Source of the DNA: Gammaproteobacteria bacterium
Lineage (GTDB): Bacteria; Pseudomonadota; Gammaproteobacteria; UBA5335; SLRW01
NCBI GenBank assembly: GCA_035638775.1
Contig: DASQZJ010000064.1
Span: 62,453-126,452 of the forward strand
Length of the DNA stretch: 64,000 bases
Direction of reading: 5' to 3'
Shown here: positions 1 through 9,687 of the stretch, piece by piece
Layout: the number at the start of each line of letters is the position of its first letter
How positions within the stretch are numbered: position 1 is the first letter of the stretch
Position numbers and translations under genes: made by a program
The notes under the pieces: model-generated
Database searches by the model: none
The model's input: only the letters and a program-made list of their open reading frames with translations
Told to the model about the DNA's origin: nothing

Positions 1-289
1 GCCAGGCGGCGAAGCGCCCCCAGAGGTCGGCCGAGGACAGATGCGTGTGCACGGCCACCGGGCGGTGCCGTGCGAGCAGGCGCGTCAGGCGCACCAGGAG
101 GGCCGGATCGAAGCGCCAGCGCCTCCCGAGAACCGTGACCGGCACACCCTGCGCTTCGATCTCCGATACCAGCGCCCCGCCATCGACCAGACAGACGACG
201 CGATAGTCGTATGAGCCACTGCGATGACGCAGTATGTCCACGAGCAGCCGTTCCGCCCCATCGGGCGGAAGCTCGTCGATGATATGCAC
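1..289 (-). CDS. Glycosyltransferase family 4 (group 1), N-terminal 96 codons only; gene continues past the left edge
   Basis: Absent from ORF track because truncated. My reverse-complement translation from GTG 289: VHIIDELPPDGAERLLVDILRHRSGSYDYRVVCLVDGGALVSEIEAQGVPVTVLGRRWRFDPALLVRLTRLLARHRPVAVHTHLSSADLWGRFAAW, a typical GT4 N-terminal Rossmann half; begins 13 nt after the stop of the upstream same-strand gene. Confidence 0.6.
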   Translation of the reverse strand, partial: MHIIDELPPDGAERLLVDILRHRSGSYDYRVVCLVDGGALVSEIEAQGVPVTVLGRRWRFDPALLVRLTRLLARHRPVAVHTHLSSADLWGRFAAW

Positions 290-302
290 GACCAGGGGCC
301 GA

Positions 303-1775
303 TCAGTCGGCGCTCGCACCTTCCGCCTCCTCGTTGTCACGCAGCTCGATCAACAAGTGCGACAGCACCGCAAAATAGACCCAGACGTAGCCGCACACCT
401 CGATGTTGGTCATGCGCGAGCCGAACATGTTGGTCACCGCCACACCGACCGCCATCATCGCCCCGCCCAATCCCACGGCGCGGTTGAAACGGTCCCGGCT
501 GTTGCGATAGACGGTTTTGCCCGAGCGGTAGAGGCGGTACAGGATCAGGAGGAACACGACCACCGCCGGGATCCCCATCTGGGAGCTGATGTACAGGTAC
601 ATGTTGTGGTTGTCGCTCTCCGCCACCGGCCGCTCGGTGTACTCGCTCTTGAGCAGGGGAAAGACCCGGAAGCCCTTGCCGAACACGGGGCTCTCCAGGG
701 TCATGTCGACGCCGGCATGCCACAGGATCAGGCGCGTCTCGGAGCTCTTGTCCACGTGCTCCGAATAGGCGCTCTGCACCATGGTGTCGTCCATTCGGGC
801 CACCAGCGAGCCGGGCAGCAGCTGCGGCAGGTACAGGACCACGATCAGTACGCCCCCGAGACCGGCGGCCAGAAGCCACTTGCCGCGCAGATAACCGGCT
901 GCGAGCGCAGTCGCCCCCATGGCCAGGTAGGCCCCGCGCGAGAACGTCGCCAGCAGGACCTTGGCGACCAGGGCGAAGGCCGGCAACGAGAGCCACGCCC
1001 GGATCCGGCGCAGGTTGACCGCGAACAGGCCGATGAACGGCGGCAGCGAGTAGACGATGAAGGCCCCGAAGCTGTTCGGCTGCAGCTGGGGCCCGAGCAC
1101 GCGTGATTTCTCGAGGCTCGCCAGACCCTGCTTGTCCAGCATCTCCTGGAAGCCCAGCACGTAGGCGAGCACCGCGCCGACCATCATGTACACGACCATC
1201 CGCCGTGCCATCTCGCCGTCGCGGATCAGACTGACGAAAAGGAAGAATACGAAGAACTGGTCGAGCCAGCCCTTGAAGTCCAGCGCAACGTCGTCGACCA
1301 GGTAGCTGAGCCCGCCCGGACGCAGGATCAGCGTCACCACCGAGAAGCAACTCAGGATCGCCCACCAGGTCATCAGCCGCGTGTGCGGGACCCGCGGCAT
1401 GAAGGGCCGGCCGTCGCGACGCGAGGTGACCACCGCCGCGAGGATCAGCATGGCGGTAAAGATGTTCACGCCGTTGACCCCGGGGGCAAGGGGCACGATC
1501 ACCTCCTTGCTCAACGGCATGTACAGGAGAAAACCGGCCATCAACCACTCGGGGTCGGTGAGGCTGCGCACACCAATGATCAGCCCGACCACGCCGGCCA
1601 GGGCGTAAAGCAGAGGCGAGGGGATGCGAACATGCAGCACCATCGACAGTGCCAGGATGCTGCCCGGCACCGCGAGAAAGCCGAGCGTGCGCAGCAGGAT
1701 CGTCCTGCTGGCCGGATTCGGCTCCGGGTCCCGCGCGTTTACCCGGTCAGGCCGCAAACTTCCTGTATAGGCCAT
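303..1775 (-). CDS. Wzy_C / O-antigen-ligase-family polytopic membrane protein (exosortase-A-locus O-glycosylation-ligase-like)
   Basis: ORF 303..1832; many hydrophobic helices; Wzy_C-like loop ESDNHNMYLYISSQMGIPAVVVFLLILY. Start placed at ATG 1775 (MAYTGSL), uncertain; overlaps upstream stop by 29 nt. Confidence 0.8.
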   Translation of the reverse strand: MAYTGSLRPDRVNARDPEPNPASRTILLRTLGFLAVPGSILALSMVLHVRIPSPLLYALAGVVGLIIGVRSLTDPEWLMAGFLLYMPLSKEVIVPLAPGVNGVNIFTAMLILAAVVTSRRDGRPFMPRVPHTRLMTWWAILSCFSVVTLILRPGGLSYLVDDVALDFKGWLDQFFVFFLFVSLIRDGEMARRMVVYMMVGAVLAYVLGFQEMLDKQGLASLEKSRVLGPQLQPNSFGAFIVYSLPPFIGLFAVNLRRIRAWLSLPAFALVAKVLLATFSRGAYLAMGATALAAGYLRGKWLLAAGLGGVLIVVLYLPQLLPGSLVARMDDTMVQSAYSEHVDKSSETRLILWHAGVDMTLESPVFGKGFRVFPLLKSEYTERPVAESDNHNMYLYISSQMGIPAVVVFLLILYRLYRSGKTVYRNSRDRFNRAVGLGGAMMAVGVAVTNMFGSRMTNIEVCGYVWVYFAVLSHLLIELRDNEEAEGASAD

Positions 1776-2544
1776 GATAGATGCGATTTCCCAGTAGCTT
1801 CCTTGCCGTGGTCTTCGCTGCCGCAACCGCACGATGCCGTGCCATCGTTGCCGGCTCGCCCCGTGCCAGGGCCCGGAACCCGGCCGCCGACATCCCGTCC
1901 CTCACGGCGATCCGCGGAACCGGCAGGCCGCGCCGCACATCCTGCGCGGCGACGATCCCGATGCGGGAAGTATAGAAGAACCGGTATCCCGCCGCCCGCC
2001 CATTTGCCAGCGTCCGCCCCCGGAAGCGTCCACCGGGGAAGGCGATCGCGGTGACCGGGCCGCCCAGGCGAGCCCGGATGGTCTCGCGCGAGTCGGCCAG
2101 CTCACGCACCAGTGGTTCGCCGCGCAGATCGTCGAGAAAGCGGTGCGTAACCCCGTGCGAGCCGATGCAGTTGCCTTCGGCGGCGAGCTCCGCCAGTTCG
2201 GTCCAGTCGCAGTAGTCCTGGCGCGTGCCGACCAGCCCGGTACTCACGAAAAACAATCCTTTGAGCCGACGCTCGCGAAGCGCGGGCAGAACGTGCCGAT
2301 GCCAACTGCGATGGCCGTCATCGAAGGTGAGCAGCACCCCGTGCGCGCGGCCGGCACCGAACCCATCCGGCAGCCCGGGGTCGACCACCGCCAGGCGCTC
2401 GCCCGCGAGCATGTCCAGCTGAGCCTCGAAGTCCCTGCGGGAGACCGCGTACGGTCGCTCCTCCGGTGCCAGCGCGAGGCGTTCGGCCGGGCCGTCGTAG
2501 ACCGCGTGGTACATGAGCACGGACAGCCGTGACCCGGCGTTCAT
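1747..2544 (-). CDS. Polysaccharide deacetylase (NodB homology domain)
   Basis: ORF 1747..2667; LSVLMYHAV, LLTFDDGHRSW, IGSHGVTH motifs; ATG 2544 forms ATGA overlap with upstream stop, so N-terminal 41 ORF-track codons discarded. Confidence 0.85.
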   Translation of the reverse strand: MNAGSRLSVLMYHAVYDGPAERLALAPEERPYAVSRRDFEAQLDMLAGERLAVVDPGLPDGFGAGRAHGVLLTFDDGHRSWHRHVLPALRERRLKGLFFVSTGLVGTRQDYCDWTELAELAAEGNCIGSHGVTHRFLDDLRGEPLVRELADSRETIRARLGGPVTAIAFPGGRFRGRTLANGRAAGYRFFYTSRIGIVAAQDVRRGLPVPRIAVRDGMSAAGFRALARGEPATMARHRAVAAAKTTARKLLGNRIYHGLYRKFAA

Positions 2545-3662
2545 GTGGCCCACCTCACATCGATCCGGCGACCGAGAAAGCGTCCCAGGCCGGCCACGGC
2601 GGCCCAGTTCAGCTCGACGAACACCGCCGCGAAGCTGACCACGCGCACCGCCCGCAGTCGCTGCCACGTCAGCCCCGCGAGCGCCATGAGGTAGAACAGC
2701 GCCTGGGCGACGAACGCCATCCGGTACAGGGTGCCCCCGATCGCGAAAGGGAGCACCAGTGCGGCCAACAGTGCATACGGCACGAGCAGGCGCAGGACCT
2801 TGTGCGAGACGAACTGCCAGAACACCGGGTTGCGCCAGGGCAGGAACAGCCAGGGGTTGCGGGCGAACGACTGGAAGTTGCCGGCAAGGGTGCGCACCTT
2901 GCGTCGCCGCTCTCCGGCGCTGGTGTTCTCCAGCTCGTCGTAACAGCGCGCCCCGGATTCCAGCACCACGCGCCGGCCCGTCCGGAGCACGCGGGCGGGC
3001 ACCTCGAAATCGTCGAGGATGGTGTCGCCCGGAAGGCCACCGAAGTCCGAGCGCCGGATGGCATACAGGGCGCCGGTGACGCCGGCGGTCGAATGCAGGC
3101 GGCTCTCGGCCCGGCGGATCGCCTTCTCGTACCGCCAGTACAGGCCCACGTCGCGCGCAGCACCCGTAGCGGCATCACGGTGGCAGAGCTCCCCGCTCAC
3201 CGCCCCGACGCCGGGCTCGAGCAGGCGCGCCACCAGCCGCGGCAGCGCCGCGCCATCGAGCAGCTGCCGCACGTCCGTGAACACCAGCACCTCGCCGCCG
3301 GCGAGCGTGGCCCCGAGGTTCAGCGCAGTCGGCTTGCCCGACCTCGGCTGGTAGCGAGCCATCACGATCCCCGGCAGCTCCCGCAGGATCGAGTCGGTAC
3401 CGTCGTCGGAGCCATCGGAGACGAAGATGATTTCCGGCGGATCCCCCGGATACGCCAGCGCCGCCAGGTTGCCTGCCTTGCGACGCACGTGGGGCTCGCC
3501 GTTGTGCACGGCCACGATCACGCTCACCGTCGGCCAGCGCGCGGGCGCCGCCGGCGCCCGATCGGGACTCCCCCGAAAGCGCGCGAGCAGCTGCACGAAC
3601 AGCGGGTAGCCCGCGTACGTGTAGATCACCAGGGCGACGACGATCCAGAAGGTCGCGGTCAT
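2541..3662 (-). CDS. Glycosyltransferase family 2, membrane-integrated (synthase-like: N- and C-terminal TM helices)
   Basis: ORF 2541..3791; VSVIVAVHNGE, IIFVSDGSDDGT, LVFTDVRQ; C-terminal hydrophobic helices; start ATG 3662 (MTATFWIVVAL) in ATGA overlap with upstream stop. Confidence 0.85.
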   Translation of the reverse strand: MTATFWIVVALVIYTYAGYPLFVQLLARFRGSPDRAPAAPARWPTVSVIVAVHNGEPHVRRKAGNLAALAYPGDPPEIIFVSDGSDDGTDSILRELPGIVMARYQPRSGKPTALNLGATLAGGEVLVFTDVRQLLDGAALPRLVARLLEPGVGAVSGELCHRDAATGAARDVGLYWRYEKAIRRAESRLHSTAGVTGALYAIRRSDFGGLPGDTILDDFEVPARVLRTGRRVVLESGARCYDELENTSAGERRRKVRTLAGNFQSFARNPWLFLPWRNPVFWQFVSHKVLRLLVPYALLAALVLPFAIGGTLYRMAFVAQALFYLMALAGLTWQRLRAVRVVSFAAVFVELNWAAVAGLGRFLGRRIDVRWAT

Positions 3663-4651
3663 GTCGCTCCCCTCCACTGCGGCCCGGAAATCAGCCAGAC
3701 GAAATCCCCCACCGTGGCGGCCGTGGTCGGCAGACGCTTCAGCGCCATCCAGTCCGTGTCGGGGCCGTTGAAGCCCTCGATGGTCGAGCACGCCACCCGA
3801 AAGCCGTTCTCCTGCAGCAGGGAGCGGCAGCGTGCGTCGAAATCGGCCGCGGTGCCGTTGGGATAGGCGAACCAGCGTGGCGCGTAGCCGAGCTCTTCCC
3901 GGATGCGGTCACGGCAGGTGCGGATCTCCCAGGTCAGCCGCGGGAACTCGACCCGCGACATGATGGGATGGGTGTGCGTGTGACCGGCGAACAGGCAGAG
4001 GTCGCCGATGGCGCGCGCCTCGTCCCAGCTCAGCATCTGCCGGGGCAACTCCTCCAGGGTGTCCTGCACGCCGAGATTGCGCGCGAGCTGTGCCACGTCG
4101 TGCTGGCGCCGGGTGTCCGGGCTCGCCTTGAGGCGGGCCTTGGCCCGCGCCGCCTCGAGACTCCGCTGGCCGGGCGTGGCCAGCGCCACCGGCGTATCCG
4201 GGCTCCATGGCAGGCGCGCCTCGCGGTGCGAGGTTTCCCGGAAGGCCAGGTCGACGAAGTCCGTCCAGAGCGGCCGGCCACTGTCGATCGCGCCCGTCGC
4301 CAGGAACACGACTGCGGGTATCCCGTACTCGCGCAGCACCGGATACACGAGGTCGTGCACGCAGCGGTAGCCATCGTCGAACGTCAACAGGACGGGCGGG
4401 CGGGCGGAACGTCCGCTCTGGACGGCGCGCGGCAGGTCGTCCGGACCGATCATCCGGCAGTGCCGTGCCAGCCACTCGAGCTGCCGGCGGAACAGTGCGA
4501 GATCGAGGCCGCCGAGCAGACTCGGTCCCGACGCCACGCGGTGGTACATCAGCACCAGCGCTCCGGGCGGGCGCACCGCCCGCGCCGGTCCGTTCCATAC
4601 CGGTGACGCCGCCCAGGCAGCCTTGATTCCCCGCTTCGCCGCGCGCATCAC
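3659..4651 (-). CDS. Polysaccharide deacetylase (NodB homology domain), second copy
   Basis: ORF 3659..4651; LVLMYHRV, VLLTFDDGYRCV, AGHTHTHP; ATGA overlap with upstream GT2 stop at 4648-4651. Confidence 0.85.
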   Translation of the reverse strand: MMRAAKRGIKAAWAASPVWNGPARAVRPPGALVLMYHRVASGPSLLGGLDLALFRRQLEWLARHCRMIGPDDLPRAVQSGRSARPPVLLTFDDGYRCVHDLVYPVLREYGIPAVVFLATGAIDSGRPLWTDFVDLAFRETSHREARLPWSPDTPVALATPGQRSLEAARAKARLKASPDTRRQHDVAQLARNLGVQDTLEELPRQMLSWDEARAIGDLCLFAGHTHTHPIMSRVEFPRLTWEIRTCRDRIREELGYAPRWFAYPNGTAADFDARCRSLLQENGFRVACSTIEGFNGPDTDWMALKRLPTTAATVGDFVWLISGPQWRGAT

Positions 4652-5718
4652 GACCGGGCTCCCGCGAGACGGCGGCGGCGCGCTTCCAGCACCGCACGGG
4701 GCAACAGCATGCGGGCGAACACCCGAAGCGTGCGCGGGGGCAGGTAGCCCAGGCGGGCCGCACGCGCCAGATAGCGCAGCGCAGCGCCGGGCTGCGTCTC
4801 GGCATGCTCGTGCGCCGCCGCGATCAGCGCCTCCCCGATGCGGCAGCGGAATACCTGGGGCTGGCGGCGCGGCAGGTGCGGGTCGCGGCGCACCAGCTTG
4901 TCCAGCAGCCGGATGAGCGCGGCACGCTGGCGCGCCAGGTGGGTGTCGGCCGACATCTGGTTCGCCCCGTAGCGGTAACCCAGCAGCGGGCTGTCCACGT
5001 AGGCCAGGCTGCCGACCCGGGCCACTCGCAGGAAGAAATCGTAGTCGGCGCAGTCGTCCAGCGTCTCGTCCTCTTCCCCCACCAGCGCCAGTGCCTGCCG
5101 GCGGAAGATGACTGTCGGCGGGTGTACGAAGTTGCCCAGGGCGAGGGTCTCGTACACCCGGCCGCCGTACACCCGCGGACCGCCGGCCTGCTCGACGTCC
5201 GGAAGCCGCCCCCCGTACAGGGCCAGGAAGTCGCGGCCGCAGCGCTGGACGGCGCTGTAGTAGCTCGAGATGTGGCTGGAGTCGAACACGCCCTGATCAT
5301 TGAAGGCCGCGAAATCCGAGCAGACGAGCATCACTTCCGGTCGGCCCTCCAGCACCCGCATCTGCTCCGCGAGCTTGCCGGGCAGCCAGACATCGTCGGA
5401 ATCCAGCCAGGCGACGAATTCGCCGCGCGCCACGCGCATGCCCGCATTGCGCGCGGACGCCAGTCCGCCGTTCGCCTTGCGTACCACCCGGATGCGCGAG
5501 CCGTATCCCGCCAGCACCTCGGCCGTGGCATCCCGCGAACCGTCATCGACGACGATCACCTCGCACGCGGGCCCGCCCTGGTCCAGCACGCTGTCGATCG
5601 CCGCCGGCAGGGTCGCCCCCCGGTTGTAGGCGGGGATCACCACGCTGACGCGGGGCACGCCGCCTCCGGCGGGGTCCGTGTCGGATCCTTCCATGACCGT
5701 GAATCCCCTGTCTTGCAT
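4648..5718 (-). CDS. Glycosyltransferase family 2 (soluble type)
   Basis: ORF 4648..5718; VSVVIPAYNRG, VIVVDDGSRD, WLDSDDVW. Confidence 0.9.
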   Translation of the reverse strand: MQDRGFTVMEGSDTDPAGGGVPRVSVVIPAYNRGATLPAAIDSVLDQGGPACEVIVVDDGSRDATAEVLAGYGSRIRVVRKANGGLASARNAGMRVARGEFVAWLDSDDVWLPGKLAEQMRVLEGRPEVMLVCSDFAAFNDQGVFDSSHISSYYSAVQRCGRDFLALYGGRLPDVEQAGGPRVYGGRVYETLALGNFVHPPTVIFRRQALALVGEEDETLDDCADYDFFLRVARVGSLAYVDSPLLGYRYGANQMSADTHLARQRAALIRLLDKLVRRDPHLPRRQPQVFRCRIGEALIAAAHEHAETQPGAALRYLARAARLGYLPPRTLRVFARMLLPRAVLEARRRRLAGARS

Positions 5719-5730
5719 GGTTTTCTCCGC

Positions 5731-7230
5731 TCAGTGGCTGCCGCTGCCCACCGGCCGGCGCCGCAGGGCAGCGAGCACCTGCCACAGCATCTGCCGCGTT
5801 TCGCCGTCGGCCAGCGTGACGAGCGCCCCGTACCAGAGGACCCCGGTGACGACCCGGAGCAGGATCGTCGCCACCAGCGACCCCGTGTGTATCGCCGTTA
5901 CGACCGGATACATGCTGAGCGCGATCAGGCCGAACTTGGCGGTACTGCCGAGCGGCAGCCCGAGCCGGATCACGCGGCGCGCCGCCAGCCCGGTCGCGGC
6001 GGTCAGGCCCAGGTAGCTGACCAGCGTGGCGATCGCTGCGCCCTGGATTCCCAGGCGCGGCACCAGCACCAGATTGAGGAGGATGTTGAAGACGGCGGCC
6101 CCTGCCACCAGGAGCATCATCGTGGCGCCGCGCTTGCGGATGTACAGGCCGGCCCCGAACATCACCACGCTCCCGTCCAGCACCATCCCCGCGATCGCCC
6201 ACGGGATCACCACGCCGCCCAGCGCATATTTGCTGGAGGCGAGCAGAGTCAGGAGCTCGGGCCCCACCGCCGTCAGCCCCACGATCACCGGCAGCGCGGC
6301 CATGAGGTAGAAGTGCAGGCTGCGCTGCAGGAACTCGCGGGTGGCCGTCTCGCCCTCGTCGGACCAGAGCCGCAGGTAGGTGGGCAGGATGGCGCTCACC
6401 AGGGAGGCCACGACCACGCCATTGGCGTACTCGCACATGTTGTAGGCCGCCGCGTAGGACCCCAGCGCGGCGGATCCCAGTGCCCACTGGATCACGTACC
6501 GGTCCCCGATGCTGAGGATCTGCCCGGCCAGCTCGTAGCCGATCAGGGGCACCCCGAAGCTGAGCATCCGGATCATGAGCTGGCGCGAAAAATCCGTCGG
6601 TGACCAGTGGACTTTCGTCAGCAGCAGCCAGCCCAGCACGCTGACCGCGGCGAGCTCCCCCACCAGCGTGGCGCTGAAGAATCCCTCCACGCTGCGCGAG
6701 ACCAGGATCAGGGTCGCCAGGATCACTGCCAGGGTGCCGTAGCGGCGCAGCACCTGATACAGGCTGTAGAGGCCGCTGCGCTCCTGCGCCCGCAGCATGT
6801 TCATGAACGCGCTGTCCAGCACCCGTACCAGGACGAGCAGCGCGACTACCAGCGGCAGCAGGCGGCGACCCGGAACGGGCCACCAGTGGAAGGGCGCCAG
6901 GGCGTTGGCGAGAAACCAGAGCAGCGCGACCAGCACCCCGCCGATCGTCATGCCGATGACGACCGTGGCGTAATACGAGGACAGGGTAAACGGCCCGTCG
7001 CCGGCGCGGATCTCCGAGTAGAAGCGCAGCACCGAGTTCTGGATGCCGGCCTTGCCGCACGCCACGAGGATCATGAGCGTCGCCGAGACCAGGCTGAGCA
7101 GGCCGTAGTCGCTGACCGAGAACAGGCGGGTCAGGATGGGGAACGAGATGAACCCGGCCAGCGTGACCACCAGGTTGCCGGCGGAATAGCGCGAGACATG
7201 GGCCGCCAGGCGGTCAAGCGTCGCTGCCAT
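5731..7230 (-). CDS. Wzx-type oligosaccharide flippase (MOP superfamily)
   Basis: ORF 5731..7230, 499 aa, about 12-14 hydrophobic helices, typical polysaccharide-biosynthesis-protein N-terminus NLVVTLAGFISFPILTRLFSVSDYGLL. Confidence 0.85.
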   Translation of the reverse strand: MAATLDRLAAHVSRYSAGNLVVTLAGFISFPILTRLFSVSDYGLLSLVSATLMILVACGKAGIQNSVLRFYSEIRAGDGPFTLSSYYATVVIGMTIGGVLVALLWFLANALAPFHWWPVPGRRLLPLVVALLVLVRVLDSAFMNMLRAQERSGLYSLYQVLRRYGTLAVILATLILVSRSVEGFFSATLVGELAAVSVLGWLLLTKVHWSPTDFSRQLMIRMLSFGVPLIGYELAGQILSIGDRYVIQWALGSAALGSYAAAYNMCEYANGVVVASLVSAILPTYLRLWSDEGETATREFLQRSLHFYLMAALPVIVGLTAVGPELLTLLASSKYALGGVVIPWAIAGMVLDGSVVMFGAGLYIRKRGATMMLLVAGAAVFNILLNLVLVPRLGIQGAAIATLVSYLGLTAATGLAARRVIRLGLPLGSTAKFGLIALSMYPVVTAIHTGSLVATILLRVVTGVLWYGALVTLADGETRQMLWQVLAALRRRPVGSGSH

Positions 7231-8377
7231 CGTCGCCCCCCGCTTCCAGCCCCGCCAGGACCGGTTCGGCCGGAACCCGGTGCGGCAGGCTCCGCTTGAG
7301 AGCCGGCAACCGGTGGCGGCGCAGCTCGTATGCCCATCCCGGGGCGGTGCGGGCGATCACGTCCAGGTAGAGCGTCTCCCCGCTTGCGTTGCACAGCGCC
7401 TTCTTGTAGTCGTACTTGCCCTTGAGCATGTCGAAGACGACCGCTCCCTCGGCGATCGACTGCTCGATGGCGTAACCGAACAGCGCGACCCCCGGGGCCC
7501 ACGTGCTCGACGACGGCTCGAATCCGCCCTGGAAGCAGGACACGCGGTCCCGCCAGCGGAAACAGTAGAGCATCGCGATGACCTCCCCATCGAGCTCCAG
7601 GCAGTACAGCCGGAGCCGATTCTGCCCCATCAGCCGCGAGGCCAGCTCGAGATGGAAGCCCGTGTAGCTGTCGCTGGAGAAGCCGTAACGTTCCGCGCGG
7701 TCCGCGAAGCGCCGCCGGTGCAGCCTGCCAAGGTGGCTCATGGCCCCGTCCAGGGTGAGCGCATCCTGCCACTGGTAGAAGCGCGCCCCGGCACGCTCCA
7801 GCCGCCGCCGGCGACGCCGAACCTGCTTGCGCCAGTTCATGCTGAGCCCGGCCAGATACGTCTCGTAGTCGCCGGGCAGGCGGATGGCGAAGGTGTTCGC
7901 GCTGGTCCCTTTCCGCACCGTGAAACCCTGCTCGCCCGCCAGCTCCGCGACGAGCGCGCCGAACGGGTGCTCCGCCGGCATGTCGGTGAGCGACAGCAGG
8001 TCCCAGGGGGCGGGCCGGCGCGTCAGATACCCCGCCAACGCCCGCTGCGCGGACTCGGCGGCGCCCGGAGCACACACGGGCGCCAGGTAGTCCGGCGAGG
8101 TATCGCCGCCGGTCCCGACGTATCGCAGCCGCCGCAGGGGCAGCACACGCAGGGCGCGGGCGCGCTCCAGGTAGAGAGGCAGTATGGCCACCGCGCGGCC
8201 CTGTTCGCGGGCCACCAGCACCTGAAGGCGCCGCCCCGTCCCGTAGTGCCTCCACCAGCTGGCGTGCCAATCCCAGCTGGTGAACACGTTCGCCAGCGGG
8301 TCCTCCCCGCTCAGGCGGTCCCAGTCGGACCGCAGCGCGTGCAGCCCGGCCGCGTCCGTGACGACTTCCATGTCCAT
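7214..8377 (-). CDS. CelD/FemAB-related GNAT-fold acyltransferase (Acetyltransf_6-like)
   Basis: ORF 7214..8467; LRSDWDRLSGEDPLANVFTSWDWHASWWRHYG N-terminus typical of CelD/BioF2-like family; start ATG 8377 (MDMEVV) with GAGG 9-10 nt upstream. Confidence 0.75.
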   Translation of the reverse strand: MDMEVVTDAAGLHALRSDWDRLSGEDPLANVFTSWDWHASWWRHYGTGRRLQVLVAREQGRAVAILPLYLERARALRVLPLRRLRYVGTGGDTSPDYLAPVCAPGAAESAQRALAGYLTRRPAPWDLLSLTDMPAEHPFGALVAELAGEQGFTVRKGTSANTFAIRLPGDYETYLAGLSMNWRKQVRRRRRRLERAGARFYQWQDALTLDGAMSHLGRLHRRRFADRAERYGFSSDSYTGFHLELASRLMGQNRLRLYCLELDGEVIAMLYCFRWRDRVSCFQGGFEPSSSTWAPGVALFGYAIEQSIAEGAVVFDMLKGKYDYKKALCNASGETLYLDVIARTAPGWAYELRRHRLPALKRSLPHRVPAEPVLAGLEAGGDDGSDA

Positions 8378-8463
8378 CCAGTGCGACCTCCGCGTCGGCC
8401 TCCGTGGCCGGCGCCAGTAAACCCTGCCTGTCCGTCGATCCGGTGCGCCCCGGCAACCGGCGC

Positions 8464-9687
8464 TCAACGCCGGCGTCTGCTGCCGTAAAGCCGGGTCAGC
8501 GCGCCGAGCACGACCGGGACCTGATACGTCGATTCGATGATCTCGCGCGAGCGCGCCCCCATCTGCCGCCGCAGCCGCTTCGCCGCCAACAACCGCCCGA
8601 CCGCCGCCGCGAGGTCAGCGGGTCGCTCGGACGCCACCAGCAGACCGTTCCATCCGTCCCGGACCAGCTCGACGCTGCCGCTGACCCGGGTGGCGACGAC
8701 CGGCAGGCCTGAGCACATCGCCTCCAGCACTGCATTTGGCAGCCCTTCCTGACGCGAGGGCTGGACATAGACATCCGCGCCGGCCATCAGCTCCGGGACG
8801 TCGTCACGCCCACCCAGGAACCGTACGCTGCCGTCCACGCCGAGCACCCGGGCCAGTCTCTCGAGGCTGTCCCGGTCCGGCCCGTCGCCGGCAAGCTGCA
8901 GCTCTGTCCCGGCCGGCAGCCCGCCCTGGTCGTCCAGCTCGCGCCACGCGCGCAGCAGCACGTCGACGCCCTTCACGCGGTCGAGGCGGCCCGCGTAGAG
9001 GACCCGCAGCGGGCCCCCATCGCCGGGCCCCCGGCGAGCGTTGCTGAAGCGCTCCAGGTCCACGGCATTGGGAATCATCGCCAGTCGATCCTCGGCATAC
9101 CCGGCCGCGAGGAGGCGCTCCCGAGTATAGTCGCTGATCGTCTGGATGGCGTCGTAGCGCCGCATGGCCGCATTCATCAGTCGGTGCAGCCACCGCGTCC
9201 GCAGCGCCGGGTCCAGCAGCCCCCCCTCGAACTCCCAGGCCCCGGAGACCTTTGCCACCAGCGTGGCGCCGAGCCAGGGTCGCAGCACGCCGGCGACCGC
9301 CGCCAGGTTGCTGACGGTATGCACGTGGATCGCATCGAAGTCGTGGCGCCGGCGCAGCAGGCAGGCCGCGAACCGCAGGCCCAGGATGGCCGCGCCGATG
9401 CCGCGGATTCGCGGATACGGAATGCGGTGCAGCGGGACACCGTGCAGGTCGGTCTCCAGGGCCTGCCGCGGCAGCAGCCTGGGGGCCATGATCTCCACGC
9501 GCACGCCGCGGCTCGCAAGCTCCCGGCTGAGCAGCGCCGCCTGCATCTCGGTGCCCCCGAGGCTGGGGAAGTACCCGTCGACGACGGTCAATACGCGCAG
9601 CGTACGTGTCCGGCCGCCGGCGTCGCGCGCTGCCGCGGCGGTGGCCGCCGCCACCGGACCGCCTGTTCCCATGACCGGATCATGCAT
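8464..9687 (-). CDS. Glycosyltransferase family 4 (group 1)
   Basis: ORF 8464..9747; LRVLTVVDGYFPSLGGTE, C-terminal EGLPNAVLEAMCSGLPVVATRVSG; start ATG 9687 with GAGGTG upstream, overlaps upstream stop by 8 nt. Confidence 0.85.
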   Translation of the reverse strand: MHDPVMGTGGPVAAATAAAARDAGGRTRTLRVLTVVDGYFPSLGGTEMQAALLSRELASRGVRVEIMAPRLLPRQALETDLHGVPLHRIPYPRIRGIGAAILGLRFAACLLRRRHDFDAIHVHTVSNLAAVAGVLRPWLGATLVAKVSGAWEFEGGLLDPALRTRWLHRLMNAAMRRYDAIQTISDYTRERLLAAGYAEDRLAMIPNAVDLERFSNARRGPGDGGPLRVLYAGRLDRVKGVDVLLRAWRELDDQGGLPAGTELQLAGDGPDRDSLERLARVLGVDGSVRFLGGRDDVPELMAGADVYVQPSRQEGLPNAVLEAMCSGLPVVATRVSGSVELVRDGWNGLLVASERPADLAAAVGRLLAAKRLRRQMGARSREIIESTYQVPVVLGALTRLYGSRRRR

